The notes under the pieces are model-generated. The model worked only from the letters and a program-made list of their open reading frames with translations, had not been told where the DNA came from and did not search any database. 64,000 bases of DNA, from the NCBI GenBank assembly GCA_963667465.2, contig CAXXDN010000002.1, forward strand, positions 1,664,001 through 1,728,000, read 5' to 3'. The stretch is from Dehalococcoidia bacterium. GTDB taxonomy: Bacteria > Chloroflexota > Dehalococcoidia > UBA2979. Position 1 is the stretch's first letter, and each line of letters starts with the position of its first letter. The position numbers were made by a program, and so were the translations under genes. Shown one piece after another: positions 28,377 through 37,636 of this stretch.

Positions 28377-28868
28377 CTAGAAGAGGCCGCGGTCCTTGAG
28401 GCTGATGGCCTCGCTCCTGCCGATGACGACGTGGTCGAGCAACTCGACGCCGAGCAGCTTCGCCGCCTCCGCCAGGTCCTTCGTGACCTTGATGTCGTCG
28501 GGACTGGGCGAGGCGTCGCCGGAGGGGTGGTTATGGGCGATGATGATGTGAGGCACGGCCGCCACCACCGCCGGGCGCAGCACCTCGGCGGGGCGAACCA
28601 CCGACGAGTAGCAGTTGCCCTGGTACAGGACGCGCTGCCCGACCACCCGGTTGCGCCGGTCGAGCAGCAGCACCCGCACCTGCTCCTGAGCGAGCGCCCC
28701 CATCTCCGGCCCCAGCAGGCGCTGCACGTCCTGCGGGGAGCAGAGCGCGGGGGCGTCGTCCGCGCGCTCGGGGTCGACCTCGACCTCGTAGCGCACGGCC
28801 AGCTCGCCCAGCACGTGCAGGTTCTGGCGGAGGGCGTCCAGCAGGGCGTCCTCGTGCTTCGCCGTCAT
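28377..28868 (-). CDS. radC: RadC/JAB-domain protein
   Basis: QEQVRVLLLD, HNHPSGDASPSPDD, LLDHVVIG. Confidence 0.9.
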   Translation of the reverse strand: MTAKHEDALLDALRQNLHVLGELAVRYEVEVDPERADDAPALCSPQDVQRLLGPEMGALAQEQVRVLLLDRRNRVVGQRVLYQGNCYSSVVRPAEVLRPAVVAAVPHIIIAHNHPSGDASPSPDDIKVTKDLAEAAKLLGVELLDHVVIGRSEAISLKDRGLF

Positions 28869-29398
28869 GCCGCCACCTCCACGGGGATGGCCTGCCCGAG
28901 CGGGCAGATGCAGTCCTCGTGGTCGGGCGAGGCAGGATCGTCGCAGTCGAGGCAGAGGCCGCAGTTGCGGCACGCGACCCGCTGGTGGGCGGCGTCGCGG
29001 GCGTGCCGCCTGGCGACCGTGGCTTCCCAGCAGCAGTTGCGCTCGCAGTTGTCCCCGTGGTCGTCGCCGGCCGCGGCCTCCGGCTCGCAGCTGCGGCAGT
29101 GCGTGCGCCCCTTGATGACGGGGTAGCCGCAGCCCGCGCAGTCCCCGCCGTACTCGCCGTGCCGCTCCAGCTCGCGCCGCACGATCGTGCGGGCGAGCGG
29201 GTGGTCGTCGGGTCCGCCCGACTCGGCGACGTAGTGCCAGGCCCATCTCGCCCCGAGGTCGTCCCAGTCGTCGGTGCGATAGGACCAGCGGTCGCAGGTG
29301 CAGTGGCCGTTGAAGTGGTCGGGGCCCTCGAGCAGGGTCATGACCAGCGTGTGCGCGCTCCAGGTGGGGAGCGCGTCGCGTTCGCTCGTGCGTGCCAT
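28865..29398 (-). CDS. Cys/His-rich hypothetical protein
   Basis: Multiple CxxC/CxC motifs; AAGGAG RBS; overlap-coupled to radC. Confidence 0.7.
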   Translation of the reverse strand: MARTSERDALPTWSAHTLVMTLLEGPDHFNGHCTCDRWSYRTDDWDDLGARWAWHYVAESGGPDDHPLARTIVRRELERHGEYGGDCAGCGYPVIKGRTHCRSCEPEAAAGDDHGDNCERNCCWEATVARRHARDAAHQRVACRNCGLCLDCDDPASPDHEDCICPLGQAIPVEVAA

Positions 29399-29518
29399 GT
29401 TCGGTTCTCCTTCGTCGTGTTGCTGATCGGGTAGAACGAGAGCAGGGCCGCCCCCGTGAGGGAGCGGCCCCGTGTGCGCCCGCGCTCAGGCGGGCGGCGT
29501 CTGTGCGCCGGTCGTGGC

Positions 29519-29923
29519 TTAGAAGGGCTGGTCGTCCGCGACCTCGGCGGCGACAGCCTCGCGGCTGCCGTTGCCGTTGGAACGCCCGTTGCCCCCGTTG
29601 CCGTTCGAGTCGAGGAAGATGACCTCCTGCGCGTGCACCTCGGTGCGGTGCCGGCGCTCGCCGTCCTGCGTCTCGTACGTGTTCTGCGCGAGCGAGCCCG
29701 CGACGAACACCCTGTTGCCCTTCTTGACGTACTCGGCGACGGCCTCGGCCTGCTTGCCCCAGCAGACGACCGAGTGCCAGTCGGCCTCGGTCTCGCCGTT
29801 CTGGCGGCGGCGGTCGGTCGCCAGTCTGAGCTGGCAGATGGCCGTGCCGTTCTGCGAGTAACGCAGCTCCGGCTCCGTGCCTACCCGGCCCAGCAGCTCG
29901 ACGCGGTTCATGGTGCGTGACAT
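29519..29923 (-). CDS. ssb: Single-stranded DNA-binding protein
   Basis: NRVELLGRVG..PELRY, WHSVVCWGK, acidic DDQPF tail. Confidence 0.95.
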   Translation of the reverse strand: MSRTMNRVELLGRVGTEPELRYSQNGTAICQLRLATDRRRQNGETEADWHSVVCWGKQAEAVAEYVKKGNRVFVAGSLAQNTYETQDGERRHRTEVHAQEVIFLDSNGNGGNGRSNGNGSREAVAAEVADDQPF

Positions 29924-30118
29924 TTCAGATTCTCCTTCTGGTGATGGTTGTCACCGTGGTGGTGCGGCGAGAGCCGCACCTGGTTCGAAACGACGGCGGG
30001 GCCGCCCCGAAGGACGGCCCCGTTCGCGCTCCCGCATCGGGAGCGACTCTTCAGTGCTTGTGATTCAGGCACCCGCGATCGGCACCTCCTTTCGTTCGTG
30101 CGATGGCCTACGAGCCGC

Positions 30119-30856
30119 TCAGGCAGCCTTCGGCGTCTCCTCGGCGCGGGACTCCTCGCCCGCGTTGTCCTGCTGGAGCTTGCGCGCGGCGGCCTCCACC
30201 AGCGGGGTGAGGGCCGCCACCGGCAGCTCGTCGAGGTCACGGCCCGTGCGCTCGCGCACGGCGGACCGGACTTTCGCCTCGTCGAAGCCCCGGCACTGGC
30301 CGAGGTCGACGAGCGTCTTGCGCAGCGACGGCGCGAGGTCGCCCGTCGCGCCGTCGCCGTAGAGGCTGTTGCCGAACTGGTCGCCGTAGCTCCGCAGCGC
30401 CCGCTTGAGCGCGTCGGTCACCGCTCCCTTGTGCGCGGTCTCGTGGCCCTCGACGGTGTCGTCGGAGACGGCCTGGAAGCCGGTGTCAGTGCGCGGCGGG
30501 GAGCCGGGCACGGTGACCCGCACGGTGGCGGCGTAGGCCCGCCAGGGCTTCGCCTCACCCGTCTTCGGGTCGACGCTCTCGCCCTCCCGCAGTTCGACGG
30601 GGCCGACCAGGTCGTAGCCCCAGCCGCCGTGGCCGAAGACCCGGTTGGCCTGGTCGATGGCGGTGCGCCCCTCGAGGTAGGCGAAGCTGCGGCCCCTGCG
30701 CCCCCTGCGGTGCGAGACGAGGCCCTCGTCGAGGGGCTCGGCCAGCTTCGTGGTGACGGCGGGCGGGAGGCTGTCCCAGAGCAGTTCGCGCTCGGGGATG
30801 GTTGGTTCTGGGTGGACGCCGTTGCGGCGGCCGTTGAGGGTGGTGGTCTCTGCCAT
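30119..30856 (-). CDS. Rad52/22-family single-strand annealing protein
   Basis: FAYLEG..IDQANRVFGHGGW, KGAVTDALKRALRSYG.QFGNSLY. Confidence 0.9.
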   Translation of the reverse strand: MAETTTLNGRRNGVHPEPTIPERELLWDSLPPAVTTKLAEPLDEGLVSHRRGRRGRSFAYLEGRTAIDQANRVFGHGGWGYDLVGPVELREGESVDPKTGEAKPWRAYAATVRVTVPGSPPRTDTGFQAVSDDTVEGHETAHKGAVTDALKRALRSYGDQFGNSLYGDGATGDLAPSLRKTLVDLGQCRGFDEAKVRSAVRERTGRDLDELPVAALTPLVEAAARKLQQDNAGEESRAEETPKAA

Positions 30857-31057
30857 GTCTCTCTCCTTCGTGCTGCTCGTTGCCTGGGTGGACTGCTGCG
30901 GACCTCCCCGAAGGGAGGGCCGTGCGCGGGGCGGAGCCCCGTCGGTCATCGGTCATCGCGCCTCCTTCCGGTCGGCGGTTGGTCCGGCGGGCACACGGAT
31001 GCCGCCCGGCTCGCATGGAGCCGGGCTGTCCGGTGTCCGTCGCGTGGGATGGGTGGG

Positions 31058-32101
31058 TTAGCGGGCGGCGCGGGCCGCCCGTTCGAGCAGGCGCAGGAAC
31101 ACCCTGCGTCCGTCTGGCCGGCCTGCGAGGTCGGCCACGTCGGCGATGCCGTCCGGCAGGTCCACAACCGCGGCTCGGCGGCCAAGGAGGCCGCTGAGCG
31201 CCGCCGCGGCTTCGTGTCCGGCGGCGTCATGGTCGAAGGCGAGGAAGACGTGCGGGCAGCCGCGCAGGGCGGCGGCAACGCGTTCCATGCCCTGCGTCCC
31301 CAGGGCGGCGCAGGCGGGGATGCCCCACTCGCCCAGGACGAGCCAGTCGAACACGCCCTCGGCGACGACCGCCCAGGGCGGGGCGAACCCGACCCGCCCC
31401 ATGCCGAGCAGGAGCTTGGGGCCGGGCAGCGCCTGGAAGCGCGGCCTGCGCTCCGCGTCGATGGCCCGCCCCGCCAGCCAGCGGACGCGTCCGCCGGCCA
31501 CCTCGGGGACGACGACCATCCCGCCGAAGCGCTCGCCCCGCTCCGTGAACAGCCCGCTCTCGCGGATCCGTCCGGCGGCGAAGCCGGCGGACGCGAGCGC
31601 CTTGCGCAGCCCGCGCCCCGGCGCGTAGCCGAGGCCGAGCCGCGTGGCGGTGTCGAGACCGACGCCCCGCGAGGCGAGGTACGCCCGCGCCTCGCGGCTC
31701 CGCTGAAGCTCCCCCGCGTAGTACCGCGCCGCCGCCGTCATCAGCGCCGGGTCGGGCGGCGCGACCGCCTCGCGGGTGCGCCGTTCACGGGTCGTGTGAC
31801 GGACGGGAGCAGTGGTGGGAGGAGAGGCATCGAGCCTGCGGATCGCCTCCGGCAGGCTCAGGCCCTCTGTGCGCCGGATGAAGTCCAGCACGTCGCCGCC
31901 CGCGCCGCAGCCGAAGCAGTACCAGCGCTGCGAATCGGCGTAGACCGTGAAGCTTCCTTCCGCCTCCTCGTGGAAGGGGCAGACGCCCTGGCGGACGCGG
32001 CCCCTGCCGCGCAGCCGCACCCCGGCCGCCTCCACGACGTCGCCCAGCGGATGGCGCTCCTTGAGCGCCGCGATGTCCACCGGCGCGTATCCGGCGGTCA
32101 C
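31058..32101 (-). CDS. DnaG-type primase (CHC2 zinc finger + Toprim)
   Basis: CPFH..SF..WYCFGC, YLASRG, AEGVFD, AFDHDAAG. Confidence 0.9.
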   Translation of the reverse strand: MTAGYAPVDIAALKERHPLGDVVEAAGVRLRGRGRVRQGVCPFHEEAEGSFTVYADSQRWYCFGCGAGGDVLDFIRRTEGLSLPEAIRRLDASPPTTAPVRHTTRERRTREAVAPPDPALMTAAARYYAGELQRSREARAYLASRGVGLDTATRLGLGYAPGRGLRKALASAGFAAGRIRESGLFTERGERFGGMVVVPEVAGGRVRWLAGRAIDAERRPRFQALPGPKLLLGMGRVGFAPPWAVVAEGVFDWLVLGEWGIPACAALGTQGMERVAAALRGCPHVFLAFDHDAAGHEAAAALSGLLGRRAAVVDLPDGIADVADLAGRPDGRRVFLRLLERAARAAR

Positions 32102-32571
32102 TGCGAGCCGCCCTTCGCGAGGGGCCGGAGGCCCCGCAGGCTGCGCCGCGAGACGAGTTTTCCAACAGGCCAGCGCATGCCCAGGACGGCCAGCACCTCC
32201 AGCGCCCCGCCGGGGTGCGGGGCGAGCACGGCGGCCCGGCCCGTGCCGGGGCTGTAGACGACCGCCTCGCGGTCGCCGAAGCGCCTGCGCGCCACGCCGA
32301 GCCACTCGCCGTACGCCCAACGCGTTTCCTCGGCCGTGGCCCGCTTCAGGTCCACGCTCGCGAGGACCGCGAGCGCCCCGTCGAGGTCGCCCGCCTGCCG
32401 CAGCCGCCGCGCCTCGTGGACGCTGCGGGCGATGCCCTGCGGCGGGGTTGTCTCCGGGGTCGCTCCGAGGAGCGCCTCGAAGATGCGGTCAACCAGTTCC
32501 TCGAGGCTGCGTCCGGGGCGGCCTCCCACCGTGGTCGCAGCCGTGCTCATCGTCGTCGTTGCCATCGTCAT
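32098..32571 (-). CDS. Hypothetical protein
   Basis: AGGAGG RBS; GTGA overlap with the primase. Confidence 0.65.
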   Translation of the reverse strand: MTMATTTMSTAATTVGGRPGRSLEELVDRIFEALLGATPETTPPQGIARSVHEARRLRQAGDLDGALAVLASVDLKRATAEETRWAYGEWLGVARRRFGDREAVVYSPGTGRAAVLAPHPGGALEVLAVLGMRWPVGKLVSRRSLRGLRPLAKGGSQ

Positions 32572-32696
32572 CTCGCGCCTCCTTCTGGCGTCTGTGCTGT
32601 TCGCGTCTCGTGCGCCCTCGCGGGCAAGAAGTGGGGCCGCCCCCGGAGGGACGGCCCCATGGCTGGATGGATGTGGTGGGGCGAAGCCCCGGGTCG

Positions 32697-33203
32697 TCAG
32701 GAGCGGAAGGCCCTCCTCGTCTTGCCGGGAAGCCCCGCGAGGAGCGCTCCCGCAACGCCGAGGGCGGCAACGTTCGCGGCGGCCGTCTCCAGCCCGTGGC
32801 CGAGCAGCAGCGGCGCCGCGAGCAGCGCCGCCAGCCCCGCGATGACCGCGAGCCTCCGCGTCGGCCACGGCCTGCGCGGAGCCCCGGCGACGGGCTCGTC
32901 TACCGGCTCGTAGGCCGTCCAGATGGGCAGGCCGATGAGGCCCTCGAGCGCTGTCACGATGTGGCCGCGCGTGCAGCCGCCGCTGTGGCAGCGCACGTCG
33001 ATGCCGTTGCCGTCGGGCCGCTGCCGGAACGCCAGCCCGTCGGGCTCATCGCCCTCGTGGCAGACGGCGGCGCTCGTCCGGAACCAGCCCCGCTCGAAGC
33101 TCACTTCGTGCGGGATGAGGCCCGCGATGCGGCCTGCGCTCGGTCCCGTGTACCGCTGCGCTGCCGCTCGCATCTCCATGGCGTCCATGTGCTCTGCGTT
33201 CAT
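32697..33203 (-). CDS. Zn-binding-like domain + 2 TM protein (paralog A)
   Basis: VCH..D..LAF..IDVRCHSGGC then hydrophobic helices; GAGGAGG RBS. Confidence 0.75.
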   Translation of the reverse strand: MNAEHMDAMEMRAAAQRYTGPSAGRIAGLIPHEVSFERGWFRTSAAVCHEGDEPDGLAFRQRPDGNGIDVRCHSGGCTRGHIVTALEGLIGLPIWTAYEPVDEPVAGAPRRPWPTRRLAVIAGLAALLAAPLLLGHGLETAAANVAALGVAGALLAGLPGKTRRAFRS

Positions 33204-33426
33204 TCCGTGACCTCCTCGTCACTGCGTGCTCGTTGCTGTTGCTGGCGACTCGATCCGGCATCCCTGGCGCGGGTCATGGCTCAGTTGCTGCTGGATACAC
33301 TCCGCCCACGGTCGGATGCCGGACCGGGGGAACGGGGTGGTCGTGCGCCCTCGCGGGCAAGCAGAGGGGCCGCCCCGTCAGAGGCGGCCCCAGTTCGTGA
33401 TGGCCGTGCGGTGCGGGTGCCGGAGG

Positions 33427-33951
33427 TCAGCCGTGGCGGCGGGCCGCCCGCAACCAGCCGGTGGCGAAGTGCCCCATGAGGGCGTAGCCGAGGCTGTACC
33501 CGACCACGTTCAGGAGGGCCGCGTCGTAGCCGTGACCGAGCAGCAGCGGGACCGCCAGCGCGAGTCCCCCGCCGCACCAGAACAGGAGCCGCTCCGTGGT
33601 CACGAAGTGCGCCGGCGCGGCGGTCGCCGGAGCGGCCTCCGCCGGCGCATAGGCCGTCCAGATGGGCAGGCCGATGACGCCCTCGATCGCCGTGATGACG
33701 TGCGCCCGCGTGCAGCCGCCTGTGTGGCAGTGCACGTCGATGCCGTTGCCGTCGGGGCGCTGCCGGAACGCGAGTCCGTCCACGTCGTCGCCCCCGTGGC
33801 AGACGGCCGTCGTCGTGCGGAACCAGCCCCGCTCGAAGACGACCGGGTGGGGGATGCGCTGCGCGATGTCCCGGGCGCCTGGTCCGGTGTAGCGCTGGGC
33901 GACGGCGCGCAGCTCCATCGCGTCCATCCCTGTTGCGTGTTCTTCATGCAT
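33427..33951 (-). CDS. Zn-binding-like domain + 2 TM protein (paralog B)
   Basis: Highly similar to paralog A over ~95 aa; AGGAGG RBS. Confidence 0.75.
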   Translation of the reverse strand: MHEEHATGMDAMELRAVAQRYTGPGARDIAQRIPHPVVFERGWFRTTTAVCHGGDDVDGLAFRQRPDGNGIDVHCHTGGCTRAHVITAIEGVIGLPIWTAYAPAEAAPATAAPAHFVTTERLLFWCGGGLALAVPLLLGHGYDAALLNVVGYSLGYALMGHFATGWLRAARRHG

Positions 33952-34412
33952 GGTCGTTGCGACCTCCTTCTTCCTGGTGGAGTGGTTGCTGGTGGCCTCG
34001 ACTCCGCAGCGGGAATCGGGACCGGGGCTGGGTGGACTGGCTCTCAATGCGTCCGGTTCGGGGCGCAGTGCTCCCAGGGACTCCGGGGCCGAGTGCTGAA
34101 CGCGACTCGCCACGCGGTCTCCCGGCGTTCGAGGCGGCCTCCGGGGAGCAGAGCTCGACCCTTCGGACGCCTCCCGCCGCGGGAAGCGGTTGTCCCTCAC
34201 TGGCCGGCCTTCGGGAGAGCGAGGCTCGATCCGTCGGGTCGTCCGGGTCCGGGATGGACCCTCCAGGTTTCTCAGGCAGGAAACGCTGGAAAAGCCGGAA
34301 ACTGCGTTCGAGTGTCGGAAACGCCTGCGCGGAAGGGAAGGGGGTTCGGGGCCGTTCCGCCGGAATCACTTGCCCCGCTGCGACAGGAAGTCGGCTGTGC
34401 TGCGACAGGCGC

Positions 34413-35247
34413 TTACTTCGGCCACAGTCCGAGGGTGAGCAGGCGCCGCACGCGGCGCCGCCAGAGCGCGCTCTTGCGGTCTGCGCGCACGTCCGCGAGC
34501 ACCTGCCGTCGCTGCCACAGCTCGTTGCGGCGGTCGGCGCGGTCCCAGGGGTAGACCGCCGGCGGGAGCGTCAACTCGTGGTCGCCGATGAGCATCAGCT
34601 CGAGCTCGCGCATGCGCAGCTCGGCGTCGAGCCGCTCCAGCCTCCCCCGACCCTCGCGCGCCTCCATGCGCGCCTGCCGCCAGGCGACGACGTGCGCGGT
34701 CGCCTCGCCGTAGAGGTGCTCCTCGCCGGGCTGCGGCTCTGCCGTCACGAGCTGCGGGTACGGTCGCCACGGCAGGTCCCGGTCGCCCGCTGCACGCGCG
34801 TCCGTCCGCGCACTCCGTCCCGCCGACACGGGCGTCGCCTGCGCCGGCCGCGGTTCCCGGCGGCGCGGCGCCGGGGCCCCGCTCTCCCTCAGTCCCGCAA
34901 GCTCGCTCCGCAGCGCGCCGAATCCGGCCTCCAACGAGTCGTCCAGCGCGGCGAGCCGCCCTTCGAGGGCGGTCACCCGCTCCTCGACGGCGCTGAGCGC
35001 GGCGCGGTCGGCCGCCACGAGCCACTGCTCCAGCGCGTTCGCGAGGTGCGGGGTGAGCCGGCCCGAGGTCATGCTCCGCCAGATCGTCTTGCGGCCGATG
35101 CCCAGCAGCTCCGCGGCCTCGCCCTGGCTGTGCCGCTCCACCAGGTCGCGCAGGACCGCCAGCAGCCGCAGCTCACGCACGGTGTCGAGGTTCGGCGCTG
35201 CTCCGTCACCGCCTGTCACGTCGTTGCCCGCGCCGTCTGCATCCATG
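34413..35247 (-). CDS. HTH/coiled-coil protein
   Basis: EAAELLGIGRKTIWR HTH plus coiled coil; start uncertain. Confidence 0.65.
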
Positions 35248-35255
35248 TTCCCGCT

Positions 35256-35339
35256 TGACCCATTTCCCGGGGTTTCTGACCCATCCGGCCGCGTCCGCGG
35301 CTGCGCCCGATGACCCAATTCCCGGGGTTTCTGACCCAT
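35256..35339. repeat. 29-bp direct repeat x2, each with two TGACCCA boxes
   Basis: TGACCCA(T/A)TTCCCGGGGTTTCTGACCCAT at 35256 and 35311. Confidence 0.85.
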
Positions 35340-35505
35340 GGACGTGGAACGCGCCCCGGACTGCGACTTCGCGTCCAGCCCGTCCTGTAGGGGCCGTTTC
35401 CCCCTGGAATCACTGTGGTTTCGGGCCTTGCCCCATTCCGTGACCAACGTCTTTTCTCCTTACACGGCTACCACATCACACCGCGTCCCGGCCGCCCACG
35501 CCCCA

Positions 35506-35533
35506 TAAGGGGGGCCACGCGCGGCCCCCCTTA
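35506..35533. promoter_or_regulatory. Perfect 11-bp inverted repeat in the divergent intergenic region (oriT/operator candidate)
   Basis: TAAGGGGGGCC-N6-GGCCCCCCTTA. Confidence 0.45.
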
Positions 35534-35609
35534 CAAGGCATTCCGCAGCGCCGCCCCCCTCTACACACTCGATTGCCGTCACTGCCACCGACCACAAGGA
35601 GGCCACGGC

Positions 35610-36239
35610 GTGCGACGGCACACGAACACGAAGACCACATCCGGTAGGGCGAGGCGCCTGCGGGCGCTCGGAGCGGCGCTGCTGCTGGCAGCGCTCGCGG
35701 CCGTCCCCTCGAGCGGGACGGCCCTCGCCCAGCAGCCGCCCGACCCCGACTCCCCGATCGTCCTCGTCAACGCGGACGACGAGGACCTCGTCGAGCGCAA
35801 GGGCGACGGGCGCTTCATCGCCCGGCCCGTCTTCGACCGCGAGCTGCCGATCGTCTACTTCGGCGTGCGCGACGGCGACACGGGCGAGTGGGTCGTGCCC
35901 ATGTACCGGCTGCGCGGCGGCGAGAAGGAGCGCCGCGACGGCTGGGAGTACTCCTTCGAGTACCCCTTCGAGGACGGCCAGACCGCACTCGACCCGGAGC
36001 GCCCCTACCTGCTCGTGATGCTCGCGAAGAGCTGGGCGGAGGTGAACGGGCACTTCTACGCCGTCATCCCCATCCACGAGCCGGGCGGCATCTGGAACAA
36101 AGTGCTGGGCGCGCTCGACCCCGAGCGCTGGGGCCGGGCGATCGCCGCGTGGCTGATCGAGGGCGCGCACGGGATGCTCTGCGGCGTCGTCGAGCGCGCC
36201 TCTGGCGCAGACGCCGAGGCCTGCGAGGTCTCCCCGTGA
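35610..36239 (+). CDS. Secreted protein, first gene of the tra operon
   Basis: AAGGAGG RBS, signal peptide ending ALA-Q, overlap with next gene. Confidence 0.75.
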   Translation: MRRHTNTKTTSGRARRLRALGAALLLAALAAVPSSGTALAQQPPDPDSPIVLVNADDEDLVERKGDGRFIARPVFDRELPIVYFGVRDGDTGEWVVPMYRLRGGEKERRDGWEYSFEYPFEDGQTALDPERPYLLVMLAKSWAEVNGHFYAVIPIHEPGGIWNKVLGALDPERWGRAIAAWLIEGAHGMLCGVVERASGADAEACEVSP

Positions 36240-37237
36240 GCGACATCTTCACGGGCACGCCCGCCGGCCTCACCTACGACCACGAGATCGTGCGCCAGGC
36301 GTGGATGGCCGTCTGGGTCGTTACCTCCGGGGCGCTCGTCGTGATCGTCGGCTGGATGGGCATCAGCCTGATCGTCGGCGACCACGTGGGCAGGGCGCAG
36401 GCGGGCTGGCGCGAGCTGGTCCCGCGCCTCGCGCTCGGACTGGTCGCCGCCGCCGCGTCGCTGTGGTGGTGCGCGCTCGTCATCGACATCGCCGACGCGG
36501 TGTCGGGCTTCATCGCCGCAGAACTCGGCGTGACCGCCGGCGACATGCTGCGCTCGACGCTCGAGACGCTGCTGCGGGCGGTGCAGGTCGGCAGCGTGGG
36601 CATGGCCCTGCTACTGGCGCTGATCTACCTCGTCTACGGCTTCTTCGTGCTCTACCTCGTCGTGCAGATGGTGCTGCGCCTGGCGCTGATCGACATCCTG
36701 CTGGCGCTCGCGCCGGTCGCCCTCGGGCTCTGGATCCTGCCGCACACGGCGGGCTGGGGCCGGCACTGGCTGCGGCTCTTCATGACGACCGTCTTCCAGC
36801 AGGCGATCCAGCTCGTGGCGCTGGCGCTCGGCATCGGCTTCCTCAACGAGTACGCCGCGATCGGCTCGGGCGACGCGATGCAGGACCTCGCCTGGAAGCT
36901 GCTGATGTCGCTCGCCTTCATCTACCTGGCTACGCGCGTGCCCTCGATGCTCGGCAACGCCGGGACCTTCGACGCCTGGCTGCACACCCTCTACTTCGGC
37001 ATGTCCCTCCCCGGCTCGCTGGCGCGCTCGGCGCGCTCGGTCGGCTTGCTTGCGGGCGGCGGCGCGGCCGGCGGTCCCGCCGGTGCGGTCGCAGCGGGAG
37101 CGGCGGGAGCCGCCGCGGGCGCTGGTGCGTCTGCAGCCGCGTCCGGCGTGAGCTCCGCAACCCAGTCCTCGACGCCCTCCGCCGGCGGCGGCAACGCCGC
37201 GCCCGGCTCGGGCCTGCCCCGCAGCAGCGGCGAGTAG
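36236..37237 (+). CDS. VirB6/TrbL-like polytopic T4SS membrane protein
   Basis: Multiple TMs, LAPVAL.LWILPHT..WGRHW, Gly/Ala tail. Confidence 0.8.
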   Translation: MSDIFTGTPAGLTYDHEIVRQAWMAVWVVTSGALVVIVGWMGISLIVGDHVGRAQAGWRELVPRLALGLVAAAASLWWCALVIDIADAVSGFIAAELGVTAGDMLRSTLETLLRAVQVGSVGMALLLALIYLVYGFFVLYLVVQMVLRLALIDILLALAPVALGLWILPHTAGWGRHWLRLFMTTVFQQAIQLVALALGIGFLNEYAAIGSGDAMQDLAWKLLMSLAFIYLATRVPSMLGNAGTFDAWLHTLYFGMSLPGSLARSARSVGLLAGGGAAGGPAGAVAAGAAGAAAGAGASAAASGVSSATQSSTPSAGGGNAAPGSGLPRSSGE

Positions 37238-37337
37238 CCCCAACCACGACGACGAGCGGAGGAGCGGAGCGATGTGCCGGTAGGCGAACGAGCAGCACCG
37301 AGAGACGACCACACAGCAACTGCAAGGAGCGAAATAA

Positions 37338-37634
37338 GTGCAAGACCTGGTTCAAACGATCTCAAACCTGGTGGGCATCCTGCTCGGGGTCGTCGGCGCG
37401 ATCGGCGTCGGCTTCTTCATCTACGGGTCCTACCTCTACCTCACCGCCAGCGGCGCGCCCCACCAGATGGAGCGTGGCAAGAGCGCGATGATGACGGCGC
37501 TCGCCGGCATCGTGCTGGCGATGGTCGCCTTCGGCGTCGTCGAGCTGGTGATGGACGCCGTCGTCAACCCCGCGGTCAAGGTGGGCGACGTTCCCGACCC
37601 GAAGGCCCTCCCGACGCCCAAGGCGGGAGGCTAG
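37338..37634 (+). CDS. VirB2/TrbC-like pilin
   Basis: Two TMs with YLTASGAP..MERGK loop. Confidence 0.8.
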   Translation: MQDLVQTISNLVGILLGVVGAIGVGFFIYGSYLYLTASGAPHQMERGKSAMMTALAGIVLAMVAFGVVELVMDAVVNPAVKVGDVPDPKALPTPKAGG

Positions 37635-37636
37635 CC

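Noticed and set aside
29948-35258. Long plus-strand ORFs (769, 510, 442, 441 aa)
   Set aside because: Antisense to recognisable minus-strand genes
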